A stretch of 64,000 nucleotides of DNA from a virus (taxonomy: Duplodnaviria; Caudoviricetes): positions 64,001 to 128,000 of the IMG/VR virus record IMGVR_UViG_3300042291_000844; one strand, 5' to 3'. This document shows positions 44,860-54,810 of this stretch, one piece after another. The notes below the pieces were generated by a model. The model did not search any database. It saw only the letters and a list, made by a program, of their open reading frames with translations, and was not told the origin of the DNA. Numbering within the stretch: position 1 is the stretch's first letter; each line of letters starts with the position of its first letter. The position numbers were made by a program, and so were the translations under genes.

Positions 44860-46877
44860 TAAACAACCCTCCCTTTAATATCTTTTGCTGGAAACTTAAC
44901 TTCAAATATTGATGGGTCTAATGATGGGTATACCATTTTACCTTTTGTTGCTTCTGCAATGTTATATGAATTACTTGAATATTGACCTAAACATTTATTT
45001 ACTATTTCACATTTTGGAACTGATTGAACTCCTTCTATTCCTGCAATTAATAATTCTAATTCACTTAGGTTAATTGCCATATTAAATGTCCAATCATCTA
45101 TATTAAAGTAATTTGTAATTTCATCAATACATCTTACCAATACTTCTCTTTTATTATATCCACTATAAGTTCTGATTTCAAAATCAACGCCAATGTTTAT
45201 AATATACCCATCCATTAAATTCACACCATCTGTCAACAAACGATATTCATTTAAATAAGTTTTAAGATTTTCTTTTAGTGCTTGGTTTGTTCCAATTTGT
45301 ACTAAATTCTTATTAGAATTATATCCTAAAATATATAAGTTAATTGCAAATGGATTATTCTTTTCGTTTGTATTATTTTTCTTCCCTACTAAAAATTTGT
45401 TAACCGCATCTTTAATTTCCATTTCACTCTTACCTTGTAAACTTGTTACAATACCTGTAAATTCGCTTAGGGTATCTGGATTTGCAAGAATAGATGATGG
45501 TGAGTTATTATCCAATTCTCCATCCGGTGCACAATATGCTTTAGCAATACCACCATACTTTGCAGGTAGTGATAGGGCTCTTACTTGATAATCTTTACGA
45601 GTTACTGCTCGGTTTTGAGAACCAAATGTTGCCAGGGCGTTTTCTCTGATTTCATCAATAGTTTCTGCACCTCTTGCTCCATTTGCTGCTGTTTCGTTTT
45701 CAACTGCGATTGAACCCTTAGCTACTCTATATACTGCCAATTCGTCTCCACTAAGTGAAATTGTATCTTCATCAAAGGAAACGTTTGTTATTCTATTTAT
45801 TTCACCTTTTGGAGTATTTGCCGAAATACCACCACCTACTAAATACGAAACTGTAATAGTAGTATTAGCAGGTGCCTGACCATAACTTTTTGTCTTTAAA
45901 AAGTTTGCAGGGTCAAATGATGCACCTAAATTATCTATTGATGAATTTAATCCCAATCCTACATTTTTGAAATTTGGTATAATGCTTTCATCAGATGAGG
46001 TAGAATTACCGCCCCCAAATACAATTGTTGTAGTATTATCTGGATTTACTTTTGTTACAAACCTACGAGAAGTTTTTATTAATTTTAAAACGTTTGCAAC
46101 TGAATCTTTAAACTGAACTAAATCCTTATCGGTTTGGTTTGATATAGGATAATCAACAAATACCATCTCTTGTGCAAGATATGGGACTTCATACCATTTA
46201 TTTCCATTACCATCTCTTACATCATATATTTGAATTATATTTGTTTCTGCTAAATCTATTTTTGAAAATTCTTGAGCACTTCCAAATGTAATATCTATTG
46301 TCTTTAATTCTGCGGAGATTGCATTAACATATTTTTTAACTAAATAAAAGGTAGGTTCACCATCATCATTTTTTCTATATATGGTAATCTCTCTCTCATC
46401 TTCAACACTAAAATCTAATAATTCAGTTGTTCTAAATAGTGTAGCCGTTGTATTTGCCTCCACTACCATTCCCTCTTTAATTCTAAGAAAATAATCAGAA
46501 TCAGGTCTATTATTCGGTCCTTGACCGGTTGCACGAACTAATTGATAAACTGATAATCTTACTAATGCGGGTGATGTTACTTTTGGTTTGTATCCTAAAT
46601 ATTGTGCAAGTGCGATAACATTTTCTTTATCCTCTGCATATAACATTAAGGATTCTTTTAATGTATCATCTATATAATACCCCAAAACATCTCCAATATA
46701 CGATGCCATTTCAATGAACATCATACCGGGTGAGGTTTCGTTAAAATCTGAATATGTTTGTGGGAAATAAGTTTTTGCGTACTCAATTAAGTTTTGACGG
46801 AAACCGGCAAAATCTTTATTAAGATATTTTATATCTCTACCTTGATTACTTTTTCTTGTTATACTATTTAATGCCAT
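44859..46877 (-). CDS. Baseplate wedge protein, T4 gp6/baseplate-J-like
   Basis: KDFAGFRQNLIEYAKTYFP.TYSDFNETSPGMMFIEMASYIGDVL, GARGAETIDEIR...QNRAVTRKDY. Confidence 0.88.
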   Translation of the reverse strand: MALNSITRKSNQGRDIKYLNKDFAGFRQNLIEYAKTYFPQTYSDFNETSPGMMFIEMASYIGDVLGYYIDDTLKESLMLYAEDKENVIALAQYLGYKPKVTSPALVRLSVYQLVRATGQGPNNRPDSDYFLRIKEGMVVEANTTATLFRTTELLDFSVEDEREITIYRKNDDGEPTFYLVKKYVNAISAELKTIDITFGSAQEFSKIDLAETNIIQIYDVRDGNGNKWYEVPYLAQEMVFVDYPISNQTDKDLVQFKDSVANVLKLIKTSRRFVTKVNPDNTTTIVFGGGNSTSSDESIIPNFKNVGLGLNSSIDNLGASFDPANFLKTKSYGQAPANTTITVSYLVGGGISANTPKGEINRITNVSFDEDTISLSGDELAVYRVAKGSIAVENETAANGARGAETIDEIRENALATFGSQNRAVTRKDYQVRALSLPAKYGGIAKAYCAPDGELDNNSPSSILANPDTLSEFTGIVTSLQGKSEMEIKDAVNKFLVGKKNNTNEKNNPFAINLYILGYNSNKNLVQIGTNQALKENLKTYLNEYRLLTDGVNLMDGYIINIGVDFEIRTYSGYNKREVLVRCIDEITNYFNIDDWTFNMAINLSELELLIAGIEGVQSVPKCEIVNKCLGQYSSNSYNIAEATKGKMVYPSLDPSIFEVKFPAKDIKGRVV

Positions 46878-46882
46878 TATTA

Positions 46883-47314
46883 TTATCCCCTAACTGTAAA
46901 AGTTATTTCTTGTGTTTCAATTGTATTTCCGACCGTAAACTGAATTGTCATATGTGCTGTGTGGTTATCCTTCATAGCATCAGTCATTTCTACATCAATT
47001 TCTTCAATATTAATATATGGTAACCAATAACTGACAGTTTGGGTAATTACATCTTGTAATTGTGATTCAAACGTATCATCCATTGGTTCAAACAAAAGTG
47101 ATTGTAACCCCGTACCAAACTCTGGTTGCATTACTCTTTCACCTTTTGCCGTTAATAGTAAATTTTTTAAATTTGCTTTTGCTTGTTCGAAAGATGTAAA
47201 GGCTTGTTCAAAATAACCAGTATTACCTCTTTTAATAGGTAAAGTTATTCCATACGCGTAAGAATCAAATTCTTGCGTATCCTTTACAATTTTACTACCA
47301 AGTACATAAGCCAT
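46883..47314 (-). CDS. Baseplate wedge subunit, GPW/gp25 family
   Basis: NLKNLLLTAKGERVMQPEFGTGL..LLFEP...WLPYINI. Confidence 0.92.
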   Translation of the reverse strand: MAYVLGSKIVKDTQEFDSYAYGITLPIKRGNTGYFEQAFTSFEQAKANLKNLLLTAKGERVMQPEFGTGLQSLLFEPMDDTFESQLQDVITQTVSYWLPYINIEEIDVEMTDAMKDNHTAHMTIQFTVGNTIETQEITFTVRG

Positions 47315-47315
47315 A

Positions 47316-47948
47316 TTATTTCTTAAACCTCTTAACTAATTCCGAATTATCTCTATTTAAAATTCTGTCTAATCCTGCTAATCCAGTCGTAACACCTAAC
47401 CCACCTTTTTTAATACCACTTCCTCCCATATCACCATATCCCATTTTAGAAGCCATTTGACTTCTCATTGTTTCAATCCCACCTTGTGCTCCACCTCCGT
47501 ATGATATTGTTTCATCTATATCAGGTTCCGCATCCATATAATTTGGAATGTGTGAATTTGAGTAACCTTCATTTATTGGTTGTTCCATTTGGTAATTATC
47601 TAAAATAGATGAACCACCTCCCACTTGTCCCGCACTTCTTTGTGCAGAAGTAAATGGTTTTGTTTGATTTAGTATTTCATTTATAGTTGAATTTCTACTC
47701 AATTGTTTTACCGGTTGAACTTGTCTTACTTCTTCTTTAATAGTAGTAGTAGTTGTTCTATCTTTTTCCAATAATAGAGTTGCTAATTCAAACGGGTCAA
47801 CTTCTTCCAAAATATCCTTTTTAGGTTTTGGAGTACTCGTTTCGTTTAATAACTTACTAACTTCCTCCTTAATCATTTTAGGAAGCTGTTTCTTAATTTC
47901 TTGTTCTACAACTAATTTAATTAGTTGTGCTAATTTTTTAGAATCCAT
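47316..47948 (-). CDS. Hypothetical structural-region protein
   Basis: Late motif upstream; ends RDNSELVKRFKK. Confidence 0.6.
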   Translation of the reverse strand: MDSKKLAQLIKLVVEQEIKKQLPKMIKEEVSKLLNETSTPKPKKDILEEVDPFELATLLLEKDRTTTTTIKEEVRQVQPVKQLSRNSTINEILNQTKPFTSAQRSAGQVGGGSSILDNYQMEQPINEGYSNSHIPNYMDAEPDIDETISYGGGAQGGIETMRSQMASKMGYGDMGGSGIKKGGLGVTTGLAGLDRILNRDNSELVKRFKK

Positions 47949-47971
47949 TTTAAAAATATTTGTTAACTTAC

Positions 47972-47980
47972 TATAAATAT
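47972..47980 (-). promoter_or_regulatory. Putative late-promoter motif ATATTTATA
   Basis: 23 nt upstream of ATG 47948. Confidence 0.6.
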
Positions 47981-48029
47981 ATGTTTTGAGTATTTTGCAT
48001 TTTTATAAAGGGTGTAACCCTAATTTATC

Positions 48030-49043
48030 TTATGCTTTTTTATTTTTTTGAGATGCGACTGCAGCTTTACCATTTTCATTTAATCTCCACATAGCAATGG
48101 TTGTATTATCAACATGGTTTGCTTGAATGACATTTTGAGAAAAATCACTAACCCATTTCCATCCAGTCCAAACTTGAATATGACCATATAATTTACCACC
48201 TAAATACCCCATAACAACTATATCACCCACTTGCCATTGTGCAGGATTTTTGGTATAGACTGAATTTATTTTTACTTTTTCGTTGTAATAAACTTTACCA
48301 CCTATGTTTCCTGCAAAAGATGCCCTACCACCACCGGTAGATGGGTCTTTGAATGAAAACCAATCTGCATTACCACTTATTCTACCTAATCCACTTACAC
48401 CCGTTAATGCAACTACAACCGATTGTGTACCTTGTGGACATAATCCATGTACACCTTTGATATAACCACTTCTTAAATTTCCATAATTAACTCTTGGATT
48501 TTTACCCAACTTAGGTGCCCATGCACCTGCAATTTTTAATAACTCATCTAAATTTTTATATCCACTCTTCAAATCCGTATCAGGTTCAAGTGGTTTAAGA
48601 ATTCCCTGGTCATAAAGTGCTTGGTCTATTTTTTCTGCTTTAGAATTATCTAACTGAGAAACCCTTGCACTACCACCTTCTAAATCATCTTCTACATACG
48701 GGTCTTCAAAAATCTTTTTACTAATTTTTTTAACATCTGGATTTATTATCTCTTGTACTTCGGGGTCATCTTTGTCCAATCCAATTTTAGACCAATCCAA
48801 TTTATCATATGCAGTTTTATTATCAGCAATTTGTTCTTCTGCATTAATCGGTGGGTTTGGTGGACTTGGCGATGCCGGTGGAATAGTATATCCAACAAAC
48901 GGAACTGCACCTGGCCCTGGTGTTAATAAGGGTGGATATAGAGATGTAGTTAAAAACATTCCTTGAATTGTAGGCAAGTGAGTTTGAATCGATGCAATCA
49001 ATTGGTCTAAAAATACTGCCGAATCATCTGTTGGTTTTGCCAT
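48030..49043 (-). CDS. Baseplate-region protein with C-terminal NlpC/P60-superfamily (Tae2-like) peptidoglycan amidase
   Basis: GLCPQGTQ (Cys), GNADW, GDIVVM, YGHIQVWTG..WVSDFSQ (His dyad). Confidence 0.6.
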   Translation of the reverse strand: MAKPTDDSAVFLDQLIASIQTHLPTIQGMFLTTSLYPPLLTPGPGAVPFVGYTIPPASPSPPNPPINAEEQIADNKTAYDKLDWSKIGLDKDDPEVQEIINPDVKKISKKIFEDPYVEDDLEGGSARVSQLDNSKAEKIDQALYDQGILKPLEPDTDLKSGYKNLDELLKIAGAWAPKLGKNPRVNYGNLRSGYIKGVHGLCPQGTQSVVVALTGVSGLGRISGNADWFSFKDPSTGGGRASFAGNIGGKVYYNEKVKINSVYTKNPAQWQVGDIVVMGYLGGKLYGHIQVWTGWKWVSDFSQNVIQANHVDNTTIAMWRLNENGKAAVASQKNKKA

Positions 49044-49065
49044 TTTGTTTAACTATATTATAATT

Positions 49066-50313
49066 TTATTTTTTATCCACACAAGTTGGGGGAATTACAA
49101 ATCCAGAAATAGTTGATACTCTTGGAGTTTTTACAAAACATCCACATCCATTTCTATTGAATCCGCCACCACCGGTATTTCCTTCTATTGTAGTTATCTT
49201 ACCATCTTTTGATATTGCTGCTACAACTCCAATGTGATGTTCCTTACCTTCCGGCCCATATAACGCTGCAGCTCCTATTTTTGGAGTTTTACTATATGTT
49301 CCATTTTTTTTACCCCACGTCGCCCAATTCTTGCATGATGCAGCACCAGGAGGAGTTTTTAACCCCGCAGACTTCCACCAAGCAGTTACCGCAGCAGCAC
49401 ACCAGTAATATCCCTCACCTGTTGCTCGGACCTGTCCCTGATTATCTAAACCCGCTAATTGAACCATTATATCAATACGGCCAGGTTTACCCGGTGGGGT
49501 TTCTCCTCCCGCTTGATTTCCCCCATAGTTCAACCCCGCACCTTTATTTGCCTTTGTACCAGTTTCTAATATACCAACATCTTTTTTAGCAAATTCAACC
49601 ACCTTTAATCCAATAGGACATGAAGTATCAACATTACCATCAATTTTAACAGGTGTTGAATTTATAGGTTCTTTTGATTCTATTGAATTGGCTTGTTTTG
49701 TGTCAATTTCTTTTTGTGTTTTATCAACATATTCTCTAGCACCATCACGTTGTTCTTCTGTGGCGTTGGGGTTATTGATTGTTTCCGAGGCCCGTTTAAC
49801 TTCTTCTTTTTTTACCTCAATATCTTCTTCAGATAATTCATAAGGTTCTTCAAATACTTTGTTAGATGATGTAGGAGCAACATCCTCTATTGGGGTTATT
49901 AACGCCGGTTCTAAACTTTGTATATCAGTTGGTTGCCAAGTTCCTGGATTTGTAATCATACTACTAACTGTCGCAATATTTACAACTGCACCGGGAGATG
50001 GTATAATTGGAGGTGGGACTGCAGACATTGTAGCACCAGTCCAATATGATATAAACGCAGGCCCCATATTGGTAATGATAGGATGTTCACCCGATGGTTG
50101 TTGAAATGCGGTTGCAAGAATTCCGTTTAAGGTTGCCTCCATTAATTCAGTATTACCCTTTGCAACTGTAATACTATTGACGGTATCAAATCCTCTTTTA
50201 ACTGCCATATCATATTCTAATGTAAGTTTTTTTGCAAAATCACCATAGGAACTAATTCCTGCTTGGTTTTGCATATAACTCAACATATTTTGTTTGAATA
50301 TTTCTAATGACAT
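49066..50313 (-). CDS. Baseplate-region protein with C-terminal CHAP amidase
   Basis: YYWCAAAVTAWW, PKIGAAALY, HHIGVV, TIEGNT. Confidence 0.8.
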   Translation of the reverse strand: MSLEIFKQNMLSYMQNQAGISSYGDFAKKLTLEYDMAVKRGFDTVNSITVAKGNTELMEATLNGILATAFQQPSGEHPIITNMGPAFISYWTGATMSAVPPPIIPSPGAVVNIATVSSMITNPGTWQPTDIQSLEPALITPIEDVAPTSSNKVFEEPYELSEEDIEVKKEEVKRASETINNPNATEEQRDGAREYVDKTQKEIDTKQANSIESKEPINSTPVKIDGNVDTSCPIGLKVVEFAKKDVGILETGTKANKGAGLNYGGNQAGGETPPGKPGRIDIMVQLAGLDNQGQVRATGEGYYWCAAAVTAWWKSAGLKTPPGAASCKNWATWGKKNGTYSKTPKIGAAALYGPEGKEHHIGVVAAISKDGKITTIEGNTGGGGFNRNGCGCFVKTPRVSTISGFVIPPTCVDKK

Positions 50314-50314
50314 C

Positions 50315-51583
50315 TTATTCAGTAAAATTTAAAGTTGATTTGAATTTTTCCAATCTACCTTTAATATCGTTAAATGTACCTCTATTTTCAGGACCAGTTG
50401 CAGTTGGACCAGACGGGGTTTTAAATATTTGTGCATTAATAGCATCAATAAGTTCCTCTAATAATCCTTGAAGAGTATCACCTCTTACTAATGGTTCAGC
50501 ATCACTTTCGGTATTAAGATATATTTGTCCTTTACCACCTAAGATGTAAGTATTGTTATCATTTGTTGTAATTCTAACATCACCATTAAAATCTAAATCT
50601 GCACCAGCTTTACCATTATCAATTGACATTTTACCATCTGATATAAATCCGTAATTTCCTTTTGAATAGAAAATCAGTTCTTTAGATTTAGCAGAGATTA
50701 TAATTCTTTCAGAATTTACTAATAATTGGTCACTACCTTTTAATTCCGATGGATATGCTTCAAAATGAGTTGGTTTGGTTTCAAAATTTGAAGAACCACC
50801 ATCATCTATAATACCTGGTTGAAAATTTAATTTGTAATCACCTGATGTAATTGCAATAATTGTACCATCTTTATTTACATCTTCTTCCGTTAAAGACCCT
50901 TTTTTTAGTTTGTTAAGTGATTCACTATTTTGTCTATTTCTTAAAATAATAGTTGGTGCAAATTTTCTATCTTCACCATCACCATTATTATATCCACTAA
51001 AGCGAATTGATTGACCAAATCGTGATTGTATTACTTTATCACCTTCATATAATTTTAAGGGATTAACTTGTTGTTCTTTAAAATATTTACCTATTTCAGT
51101 TTTTCTATCATCAGTACCACTCCCTCCACTTGGCGTACCGGTAGCACTTACAGTACTAAGTTCATTAGTACCGCTTCCAGCTGGTTGAGTATGTGGATAT
51201 GTTTTAATATCTACATCTTTTCTAGCGTTACCTATATTAATATTTCCAGTGACCGTTCTTTTATAATGTAATTTACCTGCTACATCTATAAGTTGAACCG
51301 TCTCACCTACTAATGGAATACCTTCCTCTGGATTAAATGGTGGATATGCTTTGTTTTGTTTAGTAGCAGATGTAGCATCTTTTACTGGTCTTATTGCGGC
51401 GTATCCAATAGTAGATGTATTTTTTTGTTCTACTTCACTAAAATCATATTTAAGTAATAACTCACTTGTATCATCTAATATAATATCTACTACAATACCT
51501 ACTGTGTTACTTGCACTTCCTGCTGTAGATGTTGAGTTGGGATTGAATCCACTATTTGATATACTTAATCTACTATTAGCCAT
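50315..51583 (-). CDS. Baseplate hub/central spike, gp5-like
   Basis: PLVGETV, LYEGDKVIQSRFGQSIRFS, INSERIIISAK-like beta repeats, EPLVRGDTL...TPSGPT tip. Confidence 0.75.
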   Translation of the reverse strand: MANSRLSISNSGFNPNSTSTAGSASNTVGIVVDIILDDTSELLLKYDFSEVEQKNTSTIGYAAIRPVKDATSATKQNKAYPPFNPEEGIPLVGETVQLIDVAGKLHYKRTVTGNINIGNARKDVDIKTYPHTQPAGSGTNELSTVSATGTPSGGSGTDDRKTEIGKYFKEQQVNPLKLYEGDKVIQSRFGQSIRFSGYNNGDGEDRKFAPTIILRNRQNSESLNKLKKGSLTEEDVNKDGTIIAITSGDYKLNFQPGIIDDGGSSNFETKPTHFEAYPSELKGSDQLLVNSERIIISAKSKELIFYSKGNYGFISDGKMSIDNGKAGADLDFNGDVRITTNDNNTYILGGKGQIYLNTESDAEPLVRGDTLQGLLEELIDAINAQIFKTPSGPTATGPENRGTFNDIKGRLEKFKSTLNFTE

Positions 51584-51993
51584 TACTTCTTAATTTTTTG
51601 TTTTATCTCTTCTACTTCATTTGTTAACTCATCAACCTTAGCATCTTGTTCATCTTTTACCTCTAAGACAGTTATTTCAATTTCTCTTAATAATTGCTCC
51701 TTCTCTGCATCAGATAAAAATCCAACATCTCCTTCAGATTTTGAATTCGCACTAATTATTCTTTGTGCAATTGCTGCTAATTTTATTAGAGAATCATCGT
51801 TCCTAACCGATACATCGACTAGGTCTTTTATGATTGGGCCGATAACTGCCATATCACCCGCGTGACGAATAATATTTTTCATTTCTGCTATTAACTCAGA
51901 AATTCTTTTTCTTTTGTTTTGTTGGTTATCGTAGATGTCTTTAAACAATCCACTTAAATCCTTACCAGGAAATAACTCAAAATTTATACTCAT
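51583..51993 (-). CDS. Hypothetical helical protein (true start MSINFELF at 51993)
   Basis: The ORF-track start at 52044 lies inside a terminator; late motif 22 nt upstream of 51993. Confidence 0.7.
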   Translation of the reverse strand: MSINFELFPGKDLSGLFKDIYDNQQNKRKRISELIAEMKNIIRHAGDMAVIGPIIKDLVDVSVRNDDSLIKLAAIAQRIISANSKSEGDVGFLSDAEKEQLLREIEITVLEVKDEQDAKVDELTNEVEEIKQKIKK

Positions 51994-52015
51994 ATTTTTA
52001 TAATTAAGTTCACTA

Positions 52016-52024
52016 TATAAATAT
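52016..52024 (-). promoter_or_regulatory. Putative late-promoter motif ATATTTATA
   Basis: Just after terminator, 22 nt upstream of ATG 51993. Confidence 0.6.
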
Positions 52025-52031
52025 AAGGAAT

Positions 52032-52059
52032 AAAAAAACCCCATTTTAGTGGGGTTTTT
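52032..52059. terminator. Rho-independent terminator (bidirectional-type)
   Basis: Stem aaaaacccca/tggggttttt with 6-nt loop; A and T runs on both sides. Confidence 0.85.
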
Positions 52060-52064
52060 CTCAA

Positions 52065-52169
52065 TTATGATTTCTTTTTATAATTTCCTTTTTTCTGCTG
52101 TTCTGATACTGTCTTTTTAGCAATTTTCTTTCGGTTCTTTTCTTTTACTTCTTTTTTTGTGGTTGCCAT
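52065..52169 (-). CDS. 34-aa Lys-rich basic peptide
   Basis: Not in ORF track. My translation: MATTKKEVKEKNRKKIAKKTVSEQQKKGNYKKKS; fills the gap between the Ntn gene and the terminator. Confidence 0.6.
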   Translation of the reverse strand: MATTKKEVKEKNRKKIAKKTVSEQQKKGNYKKKS

Positions 52170-52173
52170 TGCA

Positions 52174-53001
52174 TTATTCCTTTTCTAGTTTGTTTATAAT
52201 AATTTTTATTTTAGGGGTATATCCTTTAGGTAGTTTATTGATAATTCCTTTAAACGATTTGATTTTATGGTCGTAATAGTTTACCTCTAATATAGTTTCG
52301 GTTAAGTTCATTATAGTTTGAGATGATGTCCACATTTTAGGAGTATCCTTTCTCATATTCAATACACTATCTTTTTTAAAGAATTGTTTTCTTAATGCAA
52401 TACCTACTTGTTTCCAATTTGTAATTTTATCAATTATCTTTTCAGCACTTAATTTTCTCATTTTAGAACTTAAATACTTTTTACCATCCGAATAACCTGT
52501 GCCAACATAAACATGTCCGTGATTTGTTCTAACAACTGGACTCTCCGTATTTTGTAATTCTAATTGAGGTTTAAGGTTTGGTATATTTTCAACACTTACC
52601 ATTTGTTTAGGAGTAGAAATAAATGTATGACCACTTAATCCCTTTTTCTTATTACCCTTCCAAACTATTGTTGCTTTGATTGCTTCTTTAAGAGTTTTCT
52701 TTGAGAATATACTTCTCATCTTAGCACCATCCTCACCATATCCTCTCATATTTTGAATCAACTTTCCTTCCGCCTCATCGTATCCAACTAAAAGTGCTGA
52801 ATTAACTACTCCTAATCCATATTCGTTCATCCCCTCACTCCAATCAGTTACCTCATCGTGTAAATACGCAACTTCAACTCCATCAATTAATTCGTGGATT
52901 ACTTCTAATTTAGGATGATATCCTCTATCGCGATTCTTTGCTAAAATAAACTTATCATCTATTTCTTTAGAAACTATAATACATTCTTGTATGATATTCA
53001 T
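52174..53001 (-). CDS. Ntn-hydrolase fold cysteine peptidase/amidase (C45/NRDE-like)
   Basis: ECIIV...ILAKNRDR, WSEGMNEYGLGVVNSAL, VVRTNH. Confidence 0.7.
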   Translation of the reverse strand: MNIIQECIIVSKEIDDKFILAKNRDRGYHPKLEVIHELIDGVEVAYLHDEVTDWSEGMNEYGLGVVNSALLVGYDEAEGKLIQNMRGYGEDGAKMRSIFSKKTLKEAIKATIVWKGNKKKGLSGHTFISTPKQMVSVENIPNLKPQLELQNTESPVVRTNHGHVYVGTGYSDGKKYLSSKMRKLSAEKIIDKITNWKQVGIALRKQFFKKDSVLNMRKDTPKMWTSSQTIMNLTETILEVNYYDHKIKSFKGIINKLPKGYTPKIKIIINKLEKE

Positions 53002-53038
53002 TTTAGGTGTTCGTATGAGTTGGTTACAAATCTCTATA

Positions 53039-53046
53039 ATAAATAT
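53039..53046 (-). promoter_or_regulatory. Putative late-promoter motif ATATTTAT
   Basis: Just after terminator, 37 nt upstream of ATG 53001. Confidence 0.55.
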
Positions 53047-53055
53047 AGTTATAAA

Positions 53056-53080
53056 TAAAAAAAGGAGATAAACTCCTTTC
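53056..53080 (-). terminator. Rho-independent terminator after carbamoyltransferase
   Basis: Stem aaaggag/ctccttt with 5-nt loop; T run on minus strand. Confidence 0.7.
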
Positions 53081-53094
53081 TTATTAATTGTATT

Positions 53095-54810
53095 CTATTT
53101 TATTTTTTTCTTAACGATATAGTTGTTAAGAACTAACGTATCCATATCACAATCTAAAAACGTATCTATTGCATCTTTAGGGGTGTTTACAATGGTCTTA
53201 TCTTTAACATTGAATGATGTATTCAAAACGATTGGATACCCATTATCTTGTTCTAATTGCATAAGCAAGGAATATACTCTACGATGTTGTTTAAAATTTA
53301 AAGTTTGTATTCTTGCAGAACCATCTATATGTGTAATAGCAGGTAGATTTTTTATATGTTCCTCTTTTACTTGAACTACCTGATTCATATAAGGAACTAA
53401 TGGTTTGTAATCAAAGTATTTTAACCTGTCTTCCTCTTTTACAATCGGAGCGAATGGTCTAAATCCTTCTCTTTTTTTAATTACCTTATTTACCCTTGCT
53501 TTCATTTGAGGGTCTCGCGGGTTAGCAAATATAGAACGATTACCGAGTGCTCTTGAACCAAATTCCATTCTACCCTCGTACCAACCGATAACGTTACCAT
53601 TTGTAATTTCTCTAGAAATAGTTTTAACAATCTGCGAATGATTCTTAAATTCATACCATACTTCATTTTCATAGTTTTTTAATTCAGTTTCAATTTCATC
53701 ATTAGTATTAAACGTACCTAAATACGGATTTGTATTTGCAACTCTAACGGCAGATTCGTTATGGGTATAATAGTAATGTAATGCACACCCAATAGCAGAA
53801 CCTGCATCAGATGGAGCAGGTGGAATCCACAATTGCTTATAACCAGTATTTTTTAGAATCTTACCATTTGCAGTTCCGTTATATGCACAGCCACCACTTA
53901 GGCACAAATTATTTGTTGCCCTAATAGCAAACATTTTATTTAATAATCTAAAAAATAGAAATTCGTATTGATGTTGAATTGTTGCTGCTAAATCTTTATG
54001 TTCTTGTGTTAATTCATCCTCTGGTAATCTATTCGGAAGTTCAAACAACTCCGCTAATTTTTCATTAAACATTGAATTGTTTGAATAATCATATGTAAAA
54101 TAATTCATATTGATTTCAAACCCACCATCTTCCGTTAATTTATATAATTGCTTAAATTTATTTAAATACGTTTCTGACTTGCCATATGGTGCTAATCCCA
54201 TTACTTTATACTCACCTTCATTTGGTTTAAATCCTAAGAAAGCGGTCATTGCAGAGTATAACATTCCTAATGAATGTGGGAATTTAATATTTTGTAATTT
54301 TGTAATATTCTTACCTTCTGCAAATGCTAAAACAGTAGTTTCCCATTCACCCACCCCATCTACTGATAATATGGTTGCCCTTTCAAATGGAGATGTATAA
54401 TAAGAATATGCTATATGTGATAGATGATGGTCACCATATGCTAAGATTATATTTGGATTTGTAATCTCATATATTTTAGATTCAATTTCTTTGGCTTGTG
54501 CTTTATTTGAATCAATAATAGATTTTCGTTTAAAGAAATTAACCAATCCACCTCGTTTAGTAGATTCTTCAATTCTCTCTAATTTTAATTTAGGGTTTTC
54601 GTAAAAGGTAACAACTGATATATCATTACCTGTTATTTTATTATCCTTATACAACCAATTAATAGCATTAGTTGGAAACGTAGCATCGTGTTTTACTCCT
54701 GTAAAACGTTCTTCCTCCATTGCACCGATAACTACTCCATCTAATATTAATGCTGCTGAGGAATCGTGATAACCACATGCTATACCTAAAATATATTTTT
54801 TATTCATCAT
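53095..54810 (-). CDS. Carbamoyltransferase, NodU/CmcH family
   Basis: HDSSAAL, EEERFTGVKH, HHLSH, DGVGE, GEYKVMGLAPYG, LSGGCAYN, SDAGSAIG, EFGSRALGNRS, KKREGFRPFAP, HIDGSARIQT, LNTSFN. Confidence 0.95.
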   Translation of the reverse strand: MMNKKYILGIACGYHDSSAALILDGVVIGAMEEERFTGVKHDATFPTNAINWLYKDNKITGNDISVVTFYENPKLKLERIEESTKRGGLVNFFKRKSIIDSNKAQAKEIESKIYEITNPNIILAYGDHHLSHIAYSYYTSPFERATILSVDGVGEWETTVLAFAEGKNITKLQNIKFPHSLGMLYSAMTAFLGFKPNEGEYKVMGLAPYGKSETYLNKFKQLYKLTEDGGFEINMNYFTYDYSNNSMFNEKLAELFELPNRLPEDELTQEHKDLAATIQHQYEFLFFRLLNKMFAIRATNNLCLSGGCAYNGTANGKILKNTGYKQLWIPPAPSDAGSAIGCALHYYYTHNESAVRVANTNPYLGTFNTNDEIETELKNYENEVWYEFKNHSQIVKTISREITNGNVIGWYEGRMEFGSRALGNRSIFANPRDPQMKARVNKVIKKREGFRPFAPIVKEEDRLKYFDYKPLVPYMNQVVQVKEEHIKNLPAITHIDGSARIQTLNFKQHRRVYSLLMQLEQDNGYPIVLNTSFNVKDKTIVNTPKDAIDTFLDCDMDTLVLNNYIVKKKIK

